Translations under genes and position numbers: made by a program
The notes under the pieces: model-generated
The model's database searches: none
Seen by the model: only the letters and a program-made list of their open reading frames with translations
Told to the model about the DNA's origin: nothing
Assembly (NCBI RefSeq): GCF_032444005.1
Contig: NC_091284.1
Location: forward strand, 120,342,001 to 120,406,000
Source of the DNA: Ranitomeya imitator
Lineage: Eukaryota
DNA: 64,000 nucleotides
Reading direction: 5' to 3'
Shown: positions 12,098 through 24,465 of the stretch, one piece after another
Layout of the letters: each line of letters begins with the position of its first letter
Position numbering within the stretch: position 1 is the stretch's first letter

Positions 12098-14759
12098 TAA
12101 AATAATGTTTGATGCATTTTTATCTTTTGCATATTGTGCGGGGTGTCATGTTGCAGATTTCCAATGCTCCGTTCACTACCAAAAGTCCACAGTGAAGGAC
12201 ATTAATTTTTTTTTACTGTGATTTCAATCATAATTCTATTATGGCTAATCTTGCAAATTGGTCTCGAGCAGGTAGTGCTAATATGTGGACTGGCTTCAGA
12301 TCTTCCAACCCAAGCGTAACCGCCTCAGAGAAATATATAAAGCTGTCACGCTCTTTTTGGGAGTGCTGCAGCCAGTCTGTGCATTGCAGTCCAACTTCGG
12401 ACCGAACAAAATGACTGTTAAAAAAAAAAAAAAACCTAACTCCACCCCACATCCCTCCTCTTCAATCTTTCATGGTCTGCTCTGACTTTATAGAGGTGGA
12501 GGTAGAGACAAAATAAGTAGGTGAGAAGATGACTTAAAACCAATTACAGGCGCTCAGTGTCACTTTTGCGTGGCCAAACATTTAACGGTCAGTACTGACA
12601 GACTCCATATAAGTTTGTTGTGTGCTTACACTGTCTATTTGAAAGCAATGTGGTGGTTCTGAAGTGTCCCTCTACCCCAGGGGTGAGGAACCTTTTTTCT
12701 GCTAAGTGCCATTTGGGTATCTATAACCTTGTTCTGGGGCTGTATAAGAATATAACATTGAAATGTATCTTTCTGTTCAGACATTTAATTAACTCACCCC
12801 TAATGTGATGGCTGGAGCTGCTTCCCTTTGGTGAGACGTGTGATATTAGGTGGTAATGATTATGTTGCTACTCGCAACTACTTTTCCAGGTTTGTGTTGA
12901 TTTAGAGCTGTCGACTGAAACGTTTTTTTTAAAGAACTCGCACAGTAAATTGTTCCGCACATAGATGTATGTTACACTGCAGCTCTCTTCACAGTGGGAA
13001 GTTCATCACTGCTAACATTAAATTTATAGAACTCAAGCAGTGGGAGCACTGCAGTATATACATGATATAGGAGGCACTATACATCACATAACAGACTGCT
13101 TTATATACAGTGGGTGGAATAAGTATTGAACACGTCACCAATTTTGTAAATAAATATACACTGCCCAAAAAAATAAAGTGAACGCTTACTCTGAGTTGAT
13201 TAACTCCAAGTCAATCACACTTCTGTGAAATCAACCTGTCCCATTACGAAGCAACACCGATTGTGAATCAACTTCTATTGTTGTGCAACTGGAACAGACA
13301 ACAGGTAGAAATGAGAGGCAATTAGCAAGACAACCACTATAAAGGAGAGGTTCTGCAGAGGGTCACCCCGGATCATCTCAGTTTTTATCCAGTTTTAACC
13401 AAGCTAGTGTTTGGTTCACTTTTGCATTTTGTTATTGCTCTCACCCCTAGATGTACTGTACTGTAGCATGAGGCAGTGTCTACAACCCACAGAAGTTGTT
13501 CAGGTAGTGCAGCTCATCCAGGGTGGCACATCAATGCGAACTGTGGCAAGAAGGGAAGCACAGTGTCAAGAGCATAGAGCAGATACCAGGAGTCTAGGAG
13601 GGCAACAACCCAGCAGCAGGACCACTACTTCCTCCTTTCCGCAAGGAAGACAGGAGCACAATGCCAGAACCCTGAAAAGGGACCTCCAGCAGGCCATTAA
13701 TATCTGTGTCTGCTCAAACTGTCAGACTCCATGAGGATTGTATGAGGGCCTGACATCCACAACCACAAGTGTGTGTTGCGCTTACAGCGCGCAGTGTGTT
13801 TGTCATTTCCCAGAGGACACCAAGATTGACAGATTAGACTTTGGCGCTCTGTACTCTTCACGGATGAGAGCGTGTTCATACTGAGCACATGTGACCTAGT
13901 TTGGAGAAGCAGTGGAGAACGTTCTGTTGCCTGCAAAATCCTCCTGCTTGACTGGTTTCTCAGTGGGTCAGTAATGGTGTGGGAAGGCATTTCTCTGGAG
14001 GGCAGCACAGCCCTCCATGTGCTAGCCAATTGTACCCGGACTGCCATTAGGTGCCGGGATGAGACCATATGCAGGTGCAGTGCGCCCTGGGTTCCTTCTG
14101 ATGGCTTCGTGTGACTGAAGTACTTCAGCAGTTCCTGCAAGATGAAGGTATTGATGCTATGGACTGGCCTGCCTGTTCTCTAGACCTGAATCCAATCAAG
14201 CACATCTACAACATCATGTCTCGTTCCATCCACCACTGCCATGTTGTACCACACAGTCCATGAGTTGACTGATGCTTTAACCCCTTAGTGACGGAGCCAA
14301 TTTGGTACTTAATGACCGAGCCAATTTTTACAATTCTGACCACTGTCACTTTATGAGGTTATAACTCTGGAACGCTTCAATGGATCCCGCTGATTCTGAG
14401 ATTATTTTTTCATGACATATTGTACTTCATGTTAGTGGTAACATTTCTTCGATATTACGTGTGATTATTTATGAAAAAAAACGGAAATATGGCAAAAAAA
14501 ATTAAAATTTTGCAATTTTCAAACTTTGTATTTTTATGCCCTTAAATCAGAGAGATATGTCACGAAAAATAGTTAATAAATAACATTTCCCACATGTCTA
14601 CTTTACATCAGCACAATTTTGGAAACAAAATTTTTTTTTGTTAGGGAGTTATAAGGGTTAAAAGTTGACCAGCAATTTCTCATTTTTACAACACCATATT
14701 TTTTTTTAGGGACCACATCACATTTGAAGTCATTTTGAGGGGTCTATATGATAGAAAAT

Positions 14760-16690
14760 AACGAAGTGTGACACCATTCTAAAAACTACACCCCTCAAGG
14801 TTCTCAAAACCACATTCAAGAAGTTTATTAACCCTTTACGTGCTTCACAGGAACTGAAACATTGTGGAAGGAAAAAATGAACATTTAACTTTTTTTGCAA
14901 ACTTTAATTCAAAACCATTTTTTTTTTATTTTCACAAGTGTAAAAACAGAAATGTAACCATAAATTTTGTTATGCAATTTCTCCTGAATACGCCAATACC
15001 CCATATGTGGGGTAAACCCCTTTTTGCGCGCACCGCAGAACTTGGAAGTGAAGGAGCGCCGTTTGACTTTTTCAATGCAGAATTGGCTGGAATTGAGATC
15101 GGACGCCATGTCACGTTTAGAAAGCCCCTGATATGCCTAAACAGTGGAAACCCCCCACAAGTGACACCATTTTGGAAACTAGACCCCTTAAGGAACTTAT
15201 CTAGATGTGTGGTGAGCACTTTGAACCCCCAAGAGCTTCACAAGTTTATAACGTAGAGCCGTGAAAATAAAAAATCGCATTTGTTTACACAAAAATGATC
15301 TTTTCGCCCACAAATTCTTATTTTCACATGGGTAACAGGAGAAATTAGACCACAAAAGTAGTGCAATTTCTCCTGAGTACGTCGATACCCAATATGTGGG
15401 GGTAAACCACTGTTGGGGCGCACCGCAGAGCTTGGAAGAGAAGGAGTGCCGTTTTACTTTTTCAATGTAGAATTGTCTGGAATTGAGATTGGACGCCATG
15501 TCGCGTTTGGAGAGCCCCTGATGTGCCTAAACAGTGGAAACCCCCCACAAGTGACCTCATTTTGGAAGCTAGACCCCTTAAGGAACTTATTTAGATGTGT
15601 GGTGAGCACTTTAAACCCCCCAGGTGCTTCACAGAAGTTTATAATGTAGAGCCGTGAAAATAAAAAATCGCATTTTTTCTACAAAAATGATCTTTTTCCC
15701 CCAAGTTTTTATTTTCACAAGGGTAACGAGAAATCGGACCCCAAAAGTTGTCCAATTTGTCCTGAGTATGCTGGTACCCCATATGTGGGGGTAAACCACT
15801 GTTTGGGCGCACGGCAGAGCTCAGAAGGAAGGAGCGCCGTTTTGGAATGCAGACTATGATAGAATGGTCTGCTGGCGTTATGTTGCATTTGCAGAGCCCC
15901 TGATGTACCTAAACAGTAGAAACCCTCCACAAGTGACCCCATTTTGGAAACTAGACCCCCCAAGGAACTTATCTAGATGTGTGTTGATAACTTTGAATGC
16001 CCAAGTGCTTCACAGAAGTTTAGAATGCAGAGTCGTGAAAATAAAAAATATTTTTTTTCCACAAAAGAGATATTGTAGCCCCCAAGTTTTTATTTTCACA
16101 AGGGTAACAGGAGAAATTGGATCACTAAAGTTGTTGTCCAATTTATCCCGAGTACGCTGATGCCCCATATGTGGGGATAAACCACTGCTTGGGCGCACGG
16201 CAGAGCTCGGAAGGGAAGGAGCGCCGTTTTGGAATGCAGACTTAGATAGAATGGTCTGTGGGCGTTATTTTGCGTTTGCAGAGCCCCTGATGTACCTAAA
16301 CAGTAGTAACCCTCCACAAGTGACCCCGTTTTGGAAACTAGACCCCCCCAAGGAACTTATCTAGATGTGTGGTGAGAACTTTTAATGCCCAAGTGCTTCA
16401 CAGAAGTTTATAATGCAGAGTCATGAAAATAAAAAATATTTTTTTTCCACAAAAAAGATTTTGTAGTACCCAAGATTTTATTTTCACAAGGGTAACAGGA
16501 GAAATTGGACCCCAAAAGTTGTTGTCCAATTTATCCCGAGTATGCTGATGCCCCATATGTGGGGGTAACCCACTGTTTGGGCGCAAGGCAGAGCTCAGAA
16601 GGGAGGGAGCACCATTTGACTTTTTGAGCGCAAAATTGACTGTCGTGTTTGGAGACCCCCTGCTGTACCTAAACAGTGGAAACCCCCCAA
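14760..16690. repeat. ~382-390-bp tandem repeat, ~5 units
   Basis: GGAA(A/G)CTAGACCCC at 15174, 15564, 15946, 16333; same family as 1-1140. Confidence 0.9.
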
Positions 16691-16694
16691 TTCT

Positions 16695-17478
16695 AGCTCC
16701 AACCCTAACCCCAACACACCCCTAATCCCAACCCGATCCATAATCCTAATCACTAACCCTAATGATAATCACAACCCTTACCCCAAAGCAACCCTAATGT
16801 CAACCCTAACCAGAACCCTAAACCCAACACACCCCTAATCCTAATCTCAACCCTAACCTCAAACCTAACCCTAATCCCAATACACCCCTAATCACAACCT
16901 TAACCCTAATCCCAAACCTAACCCTAATCCCAAGCGTAACCCTAATGCCAACCCTAACCCTAATACCAACCCTAATCCAAACTCTAATCCCAACTCTAAC
17001 CCTAGCCCTAAGGCTACTTTCACACTTGCGTCGTTTGGCATCCGTCGCAATCCGTCGTTTTGGACAAAAAACGGATCCTGCAAATGTGTCCGCAGGATGC
17101 GTTTTTTGCCCATAGACTTGTATTGCCGATGCATCGTGACGGATGGCCACACGTCGTGTCCATCGTGCACTGGATCAGTTGTGCTTTGGTGGACCGTCGG
17201 CACAAAAAAAGTTCAATGTAACGTTTTTGTACGTCGCGTCTGCCATTTCTGACCGCGCATGCGTAGCCGTAACTCCGCCCCCTCCTCCCCAGGACATAGA
17301 TTGGGCAGCGGATGTGTTGAAAAACTACATCCGCTGCCCACGTTGTGCACAATTTTCACAACGTGCGTCGGTATGTCGGGCCGACGTAAGTGTGAAAGAA
17401 GCCTAACCCTAAATTTAGCCCCAACCCTAACCCTATATTTAGCCCTAACCTTAGCCCTAACCCTAATTTTAGCCCCAA
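16695..17478. repeat. Degenerate (CCCTAA)n array interrupted by a MITE
   Basis: CCCTAA/CCTAAT/CCCAA variants at 16695-17011 and 17404-17478. Confidence 0.85.
17012..17403. mobile_element. PIF/Harbinger-type MITE (same family as 3873-4273)
   Basis: TAA|GGCTACTTTCACACTT ... AAGTGTGAAAGAAGCC|TAA. Confidence 0.88.
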
Positions 17479-18675
17479 CTGCTCTCCTGCCGGCCAGCAG
17501 ATGGCGACAGATGGTGGGCGCACTGCGAATCCCCCTATTTCTCTGTCCTCTGATGTGCGATTACATCAGAGGACAGAGAATTACACATTACTTTTTTTTT
17601 TTTTTTGCGGTTGCCGGTAAACCGTTAATTACCAGCGATCGCAAAACAGGGGTCGGTAAAACCGACCCCGATCATTTTCTTTGGGGTCTCAGCTACCCCC
17701 GGCAGCCGAGACCCCAAAGATTCTCCCGATGCCGGCGGGCGCACTGCGCATGCGCCCGCCATTTTTTTTGCCGGAAAAAGATGGCGCCCATCGGGAGCAC
17801 CAGGGGAGACAGGTAAGTATTGGGGGGCTACCTGGGACCCCATTTCTCTGTCCTCTGATGTGCGATCACATCGGAGGACAGAGGAATTAAAAAGAAATCG
17901 CGTTTTTTTTGCGATCGCCGGTAAACAGTTAATTACCGGCGATTGCAAAAGCGGGGTCGGTAAAAACCAACCCGAATCATGTTCTCTGGGTCTCGGCTAC
18001 CCCCGGCAGCCGAGACCCCGGAGAAAATCGGACTCTGGGGGGCGCTATTTACTTTTTCCACAGCGCCATTAATTAACAGCGCTGTGGTTTAAGTACCCTT
18101 AGCGGCCGCCGTTAAAAGGCGTATCGGCTGTCGTTAAGGGGTTAATCCAGGTCTGTGAGGAGATCCCTCAGGAAACCATCTGCCACCTCAGGAGCATGCC
18201 CGTGTGTTGTAGGGAGGTCATAAAGGGACATGGAGGCTACACCGACTAGTAAGCATGAGTTCCTGTCTTGCAACATTTCCACTGAAGTTGGATCAGCCTG
18301 TAATTTGATTTTCCACATTGATTTTGAGTATTATTCCAAATTCAGACCCCCCATGGGATATTAATTTACATTGATCATTTTTATGTTTTATTCTTAACAC
18401 ATTCCACTATGTACTGAATAAAGATTTGTAATTAGAATATTTAATTCAATGTTCTGTAGGATGTGGAACTTTAGTATTCCCTTTATTTTTTTGGAGCAGT
18501 TTTCACCAGCTGTCCGTAACAACCCATCCAATCCACACAGGCAAAGAAATCAAACCATAGATGTCCATAAAGTAAGCTATGTGTAACAATGAGAAATGAC
18601 AGGGAAAAAGTAATGAACACATGAAGAAAAAGGCGCAAAAAGTCATGACACCAGCTGAAATCTATCAGTAATTAA

Positions 18676-19817
18676 CCCCTTACCCCGGAGGTATTTGCAT
18701 TTTCGTTTTTCGCTCCCCTTCTTCCCAGAGCCATAACTTTATTTTTCTGTTAATATGGCTGTAAGGGCTTGTTTTTTGCGGGACGAGTTGTACTTTTGAA
18801 CGATACCATTGGTGTTACCATGTTGTGTACTGGAAAACGGGGGAATAAATTCCAAGTGCAGTTAAAATGCAAAAAAAAAAGTGTAATCCCACACTTGTTT
18901 TTTTGTTTGGCTTTTTTACTAGGTTCACTAAATGCTAAAACTGACCTGCCTTTATGATTCTTCAGGTCATTTCGAGTTCATAGACACCAAACATGTCTAG
19001 GTTCTTTTTTATTGAAGTGGTGAAAATAAATTCCAAACTTTGTTTTAAAAAAACAAAAAACATTTAAAATTGTGCCATAGCGCCTCCATTTTTTGTGATC
19101 TCGGATTGTGTGAGGGCTTATTTTTTGCGTGCCGAGCTAATGTTTTTAATGATACCATTTTGGTGCAGATATCCTTTGATCGCCCATTATTGCATTTAAA
19201 TGCAATGTCACGGCAACCAAAAAAATGTAATTCTGGCGTTTTGACTTCTCGCTACACAGTTAAGCGATCAGGTTAATCTTTTTTATTGCTAGATTTGGGC
19301 GATTCTGAATGCAGCGATACCAAAAACATTTTTTTTTTTACTTTTGGCATGCTTCAATAGTTTTTATGGGAGACTAGAAGGTGCCATTGCCCGATCGGCT
19401 CTGCTACATATAGGCGATGATCAGATCGCCTATATGTAGCTGAATTACGCATTTGCTATGGACACCGACCGCTGGGTGGTGCTCACAGCAAGCCGGCAGT
19501 GACAACCATAGAGGTCTGCAGGAGACCTCTGGTTGTCATGCAAACCCTCCGGTGACTCGCGATCACATGACGGGTCACCGGTGGGTGGATTTCCGGCGAG
19601 ATTGCTGGAAGCGCCTGTTAAATGCTGCTGTTAGCAGCATTTAATGGCTTAATAGCCACGAGCGGATTTCGATTCCACCCGCGGCTGTTCCAGGCACATG
19701 TCAGCTGTTCAAAACAGATGACGTGTCGGAAAAAGATGTGGGCTCACCGTTAGAGACCGCATCAAAGGGGAGGGAGTCAGACATCAGTGTAAATATACGC
19801 CTGATGTCAAAAAGGGG
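18676..19817. mobile_element. Non-autonomous piggyBac-like element (1.14 kb)
   Basis: TTAA|CCCCTT ... AAGGGG|TTAA, inserted in the 5' region of the old Tc1. Confidence 0.85.
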
Positions 19818-19954
19818 TTAAAAAGCAATCCTGCCACTTGGTGAAATATATCAGCTGGTTCAACTGATAAAAAGGTGTCGCAAGAAACATCTAGGAATGG
19901 GTAAAACCACTGAGCTGCAACACACTGATTGCTTTGTAAATATCAAAAGACTAA

Positions 19955-20686
19955 AGGTACCTTCACACATAAATATATTGTTAACGATATCGTTGCTTTT
20001 TGTGACGTAGCAACGATATCGTTAATAAAATCGTTATGTGTGACAGCGACCAACGATCAGGCCCCTGCTGGGAGATCGTTGGTCGCTGAAGAAAGTCCAG
20101 AACTTTATTTCGTCGCTGGATCTCCCGTGGACATCGCTGGATCGGCGTGTGTGACACCGATCCAGCGATGTCTTCACTGGTAACCAGGGTAAACATCGGG
20201 TAACTAAGCGCAGGGCCACGCTTAGTAACCCGATGTTTACCCTGGATACCATCCTAAAAGTAAAAAAAACAAACACTACATACTTCCCTACCGCTGTCTG
20301 TCCCCGGCACTGTGCTCTGCACTCCTCCTGTACTGGCTGTGAGCGTCGGTCAGCCGGAAAGCAGAGCGGTGACGTCACCGCTCTGCTTTCCGGCCGCTGT
20401 GCTCACAGCCAGTACAGGAGGAGTGCAGAGCACAGCGCTGGAGGACAGACAGCGTTAGGTAAGTATGTACTGTTTGTTTTTTTACTTTTAGGATGGTAAC
20501 CAGGGTAAACATCGGGTTACTAAGCGCGGCCCTGCGCTTAGTTACCCGATGTTTACCCTGGTTACCGGCATCGTTGGTCGCTGGAGAGCGGTCTGTGTGA
20601 CAGCTCTCCAGCGACCAAACAGCGACGCTGCAGCGATCCGGATCGTTGTCGGTATCGCTGCAGCGTCGCTTAATGTGAAGGGGCCT
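19955..20686. mobile_element. PIF/Harbinger-type MITE with long internal palindrome
   Basis: TAA|AGGTACCTTCACA ... TGTGAAGGGGCCT|TAA; same family as 48579-49314. Confidence 0.85.
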
Positions 20687-20917
20687 TAACTCACTTCCAA
20701 ACAGAAATCAGGTGTGCACAGCTGCTTACTAAGAGTAACCATCTCCATAGATAGCTTAACAAAAGAAAGTAGCACTCTATAGCATGAGAACATGAAATTT
20801 GAATTACATTACTATAGAAAATTAGAAAAATTGAGAATACTTAATGCATAAATTGGCCAATTCACATGTCATCTTCCCATATAAATGCAGGCTTCAGCCT
20901 ATGAGAGGATTCACATT

Positions 20918-21406
20918 CAGCTGGAGTCAAACTTGAATGCAATACGAGAAACTCGTAAGAGACTCTCGCATCAATATCCGGCACAACCACTGGCTCTGTG
21001 GAACAGAGCGTTTATCTGCATAGAAATACATACAGCCGCACACTCCGGTGCTGAGTGTCGGCTGCTGTGCCGGGTATTGATACGAGAGACCACACAAACA
21101 ACAAAGCGATCCGCACCACTAATGCACCCAAGGCATGAATATCCACTTTTTATCAATAACGCTGCAGGCATAGATACCTGGATTCTTGGGTGCCCATCCA
21201 GAAAACAACTGCACTAATAGTCCAAGCAAGTAGAAGAAATGGATGGACACATTCCACTTCCCATTCTCTCGCTGAAGTTGTTTTAAGCATTGAAATAAAT
21301 CTTGGATTTTACAGACCGGTGAGTGCCATCCATTTCTTTTACTTACTATTGATACGAGAGACTTGTGCGAGTTTCTCACGTTGCTCTTGCAAGTGTGACC
21401 ATGGCT
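20918..21406. mobile_element. Degenerate Harbinger-type MITE
   Basis: Inverted subterminal blocks ...CGAGAAACTCGTAAGAGACTCTCGCATCAATA and TATTGATACGAGAGACTTGTGCGAGTTTCTC...; TIRs eroded. Confidence 0.55.
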
Positions 21407-22460
21407 TTAGGCAGGTTCTCGGCAACGAGAATCGCCTTATCGTGGTTACTGGGTACATATGAATTGGCCAATTTGCGGGCTAAGATAGAAGACTTCTGAA
21501 GAACAGAAGAGGATGCCTGGGTCAGGTGTATTTGGGCAGACATTGGTTTGCTGCACCTACGAGGTACCGGTAGTCGCCTCAGGGGCCATGTATTCCATGC
21601 CCCTCTGAGCAAAGCATAGCCATGTGAGCAATGCCCGGGCAAAGAAATAGAGCCTCGGAGGCCACGGTCAGTGTATCCTCCCTGTTGCTACAAAAATCCC
21701 ACCTGGTATTTTCTACTCCTCGGAGGTCTCCATGGTGTGCCCTCTCTGTTGATTTATGTGGCCATGCAGCCTGTGGACACATCGGTGCCTGGCAGAAATA
21801 CAGCTCCTCAGTGGTTTTGGGCCTCCCTGTTGAGCACAGGACGTGTTTTCTAACCTCCCCCCACCCCATTGTCGGTACCTGCAGCGGTGTGGTAGTCCTA
21901 GATGAAGGCTGTTGTTCCCTGGTATCAGACACTTGCAGCAGGTGCAGCAGCACCACGATCCCTCGAGGAGCATCATGGCGCTGGAAACCGGGGGTAAGTA
22001 CACGCTGTTTCCCGCCGGCCACGTACAGCGTGACTGGAAGGAGGAAGTGCATGCGCGGTGCACAGTATTCGGGATGTGGCGGCACTCGGAACCCTAGAGG
22101 CAGCTGAAGGGGTCAGGAGAGCCGGAAACTTCGGCGCGTAGCGGAAGTAAAGCATGCAGGACCTGACGGCAGTGCTCGGACAGAGACAGGATCAACCAGA
22201 TGAATGGTGGATTAAATAGCGCGCACCGGAAGTGGTTGCCGTATGCGCACTTAGGCATGATTGTACAGCGCAGGCGTCACGCTAGCGGCCGACAGATGCA
22301 GGATCAACCAGGTGATTGATTACATTTACAGGCACCGGAAGTGGTGCAGGCGCGATCAGCCAGGTAATAAGATTAGCAGGCCAGGTGCGCTCATACACCT
22401 GGTTGTAGCACAGACACCAGGGTGTTGAGCGACCAGTAGACCAGGTGATCCATTAAAAAA
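21407..22460 (-). mobile_element. Decayed retroelement-like fragment (possible gag remnant plus GC-rich leader)
   Basis: Broken minus-strand frames with faint retrotransposon-gag-like stretches (TVASEALFLCPG); not securely assignable. Confidence 0.25.
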
Positions 22461-22599
22461 AAAATGGGGCTATTTAAAGGGGTTAGAAGTGCTGCCCTGT
22501 GTCACTAACCAGGTCAGGTTCATTGTGACTGCTCTTGTTACTTGGTAGTTGGTAAGATGGAGAATTTTTCGCCGGAACTTTTAATGCCACATGTGCACA

Positions 22600-22875
22600 G
22601 AACCTGTGGCCTATCAGCACATAGCTAGCAGCTCGACACGCCCCCTAGTGAACAACGTCACGCACAGATTATGCAAAATTTGCTCTGAATCGTCTTGTGT
22701 GACACGACCGTACGACTGTCCCATACGACTTCTACATCGCAAATACGTCATGAAATTATCGCTCCAGCGCCGTACATCGTGAAGTGTGACCGCAGTGGAG
22801 CGATAATTAAGCGACGATGTAACGTCACAAATCGTGCCGTCGTAGCGATCAAAATTGCACTGTGTGACGGTACCC
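22600..22875. mobile_element. Right half of a Harbinger-type MITE
   Basis: Ends TGTGTGACGGTACCC|TTA with the family's ACGAT/ATCGT repeats; no left TIR found. Confidence 0.6.
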
Positions 22876-23914
22876 TTAGACGACTTCCTGATAGTGGGGA
22901 AAAACTTTTCTCACTGTCAGGAGCAGGTCAGAATAGTGATGGACACTCTACGAACACTAGGATGCCAACTGAACCTCAAGAAATCCAAACTGGAGCCAGC
23001 AATGGTCCAGAATTTCCTGGGGATAACGGTAGACTCGGTGGCGCAGGAGTGTCGCCTCCCAGAGGAAAAAGAGGAAAAAATCAAACAAATGAGGAGTTTC
23101 CTGGACATACACAGCCTCCAAAGTAATCACAACGGACGCCAGTCCATGGGGATGGGGAGCTCACTCAGACACACTATGGGTCCAAGACCCTTGGGCTCAA
23201 GAGGAAAAAAAATCTATCCTCAAATGAGTGGGAACTCCTAGCAATCGAGAAAGTGCTGAGGAAGTTACTTCCACACTTAACAGGGCATTATGTGAGAGTC
23301 CTATTGGACAACCGAACAGCGGTCGCATATGTAAACCACCAGGGGGCACCCGTTCTCGGTCATTGATACACATAACCAAAAGACTGATGACTCTAGCCGA
23401 AAGGCATTTCCTCTCATTATCGGCCTTGCATATTTGAGGTGTGGACAATATAAAGGCAGACTTTTTAAGCAGGAACCACATAAGGCAAGGGGAATGGTCC
23501 CTAAAAAATTCAATTTTTCATCGGATAATACACATTTGGGGAAGACCCAGTGTAGACCTCTTTGCCTCAAAAGCCAACAAGAAAGTTCAGAAGTGCTGCT
23601 CCCTAAACCCAGCAGACAGGCCTTTGGCAGTAGACGCCTTCAGCATAGAATGGACGTCAGGATTCTTGTATGCCTTCCCACCGATATGTCTAATTCCAGC
23701 AGTTCTGAAGATGATCAGGGAGGACAAGGCCAGAGTGATTGTAATAGCTCCCTTCTGGCCGAAAAGACCATGGTTTTACTGGCTGAGAGTGATGTCAGCG
23801 ACAGACCCATGGGTGCTTCCAGAGGACCAGGACCTTCTAACACAGGGTCCCTTCAACCACCTGCAGAATTCCGGGCTACATTTGATAGCCTGGCATTTGA
23901 ACGGTCGTTGTTAA
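22876..23914 (+). pseudogene. DIRS RT/RNase H/Dam-like methyltransferase region (deleted, frameshifted)
   Basis: LDDFLIVG...NLKKSKLEP...FLGITVDS; TTDASPWGWGA; DNRTAVAY; ADFLSR; DLFAS...YAFPP...APFWPKRPWF. Confidence 0.88.
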
Positions 23915-24465
23915 AGAAAGAAGGCTTCTCAGCTGGTTTAATATCCACCTTGCTTAGTAGCAGAAAACCAGTAACAACCAAGATCTATAGGAGAATATGG
24001 AAGAAATTCCTGTCCAGCTCAGGGCCAATACGAGAAGGGGAGGTCCCGATAGAGGCAATACTGGAGTTCCTGCAAAAGGGCTTAGATCTGGGATTAGCTG
24101 TTAGTACCCTCAAAGTATACATTTCAGCTTTAGCAGACTTATTCAACTGTGACCTGGCAAACAATAGGTGGGTGGTGAGGTTTATCCAAGCCTGTAGTAG
24201 AGCTGACTCTGTTCCATCCCCTACTCCTCCACCATGGGATCTAAATTTAGTATTCACAGCTTTGACAGAAAGCCCCTTTGAACCGTTAAATACAACATCA
24301 GATAAAGTACTAACATTAACAACAGCTTTGTTAGTGGCACTTACATCAGCCCGTAGGGTTGGGGATTTACACGCATTGTCAGCTGACCCCCCTTACACGC
24401 AAATTATGGACGATAGAGTTGTATTAAAATTAAATACGGCATATCTCCCCAAAGTGGATATAACC
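23896..24465 (+). pseudogene. DIRS tyrosine recombinase, 5' part
   Basis: ERSLLKKEGFS...PPPWDLNLV...LVALTSARRVGDLHAL...YLPKVDIT (catalytic Arg in SARR). Confidence 0.9.

Larger units (their letters stand above)
14281..18141. mobile_element. Complete non-autonomous piggyBac-like element (3.86 kb)
   Basis: TTAA|CCCCTTAGTGAC ... GTCGTTAAGGGG|TTAA. Removing it restores GATGCTTTAATCCAGG of the host Tc1 (compare GATGCTTTAGTCCAGG at ~32663). Confidence 0.9.
13159..18500 (+). mobile_element. Decayed Tc1 element (family B), split by the TTAA element
   Basis: TA|CACTGCCCAAAAAAATAAAG ... CTTTATTTTTTTGGAGCAGT; transposase remnants ([25 protein letters not shown]; EGISLEGSTALHVL); homologous to 31509-32995. 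Confidence 0.85.

Noticed and set aside
16695-17478. True telomere or chromosome-fusion site
   Set aside because: Repeats are degenerate, short, in one orientation only and enclosed by TE ends.
23434-23895. Ser-rich N-terminal half of the 364-aa ORF as a separate protein
   Set aside because: It is the alternative frame overlapping the RNase H/MT region; overlapping ORFs are normal in DIRS.
23441-23914. Bacterial/phage-like DNA adenine methyltransferase as a horizontal transfer or novel system
   Set aside because: A Dam-like domain after RNase H is an established feature of DIRS1-type elements.
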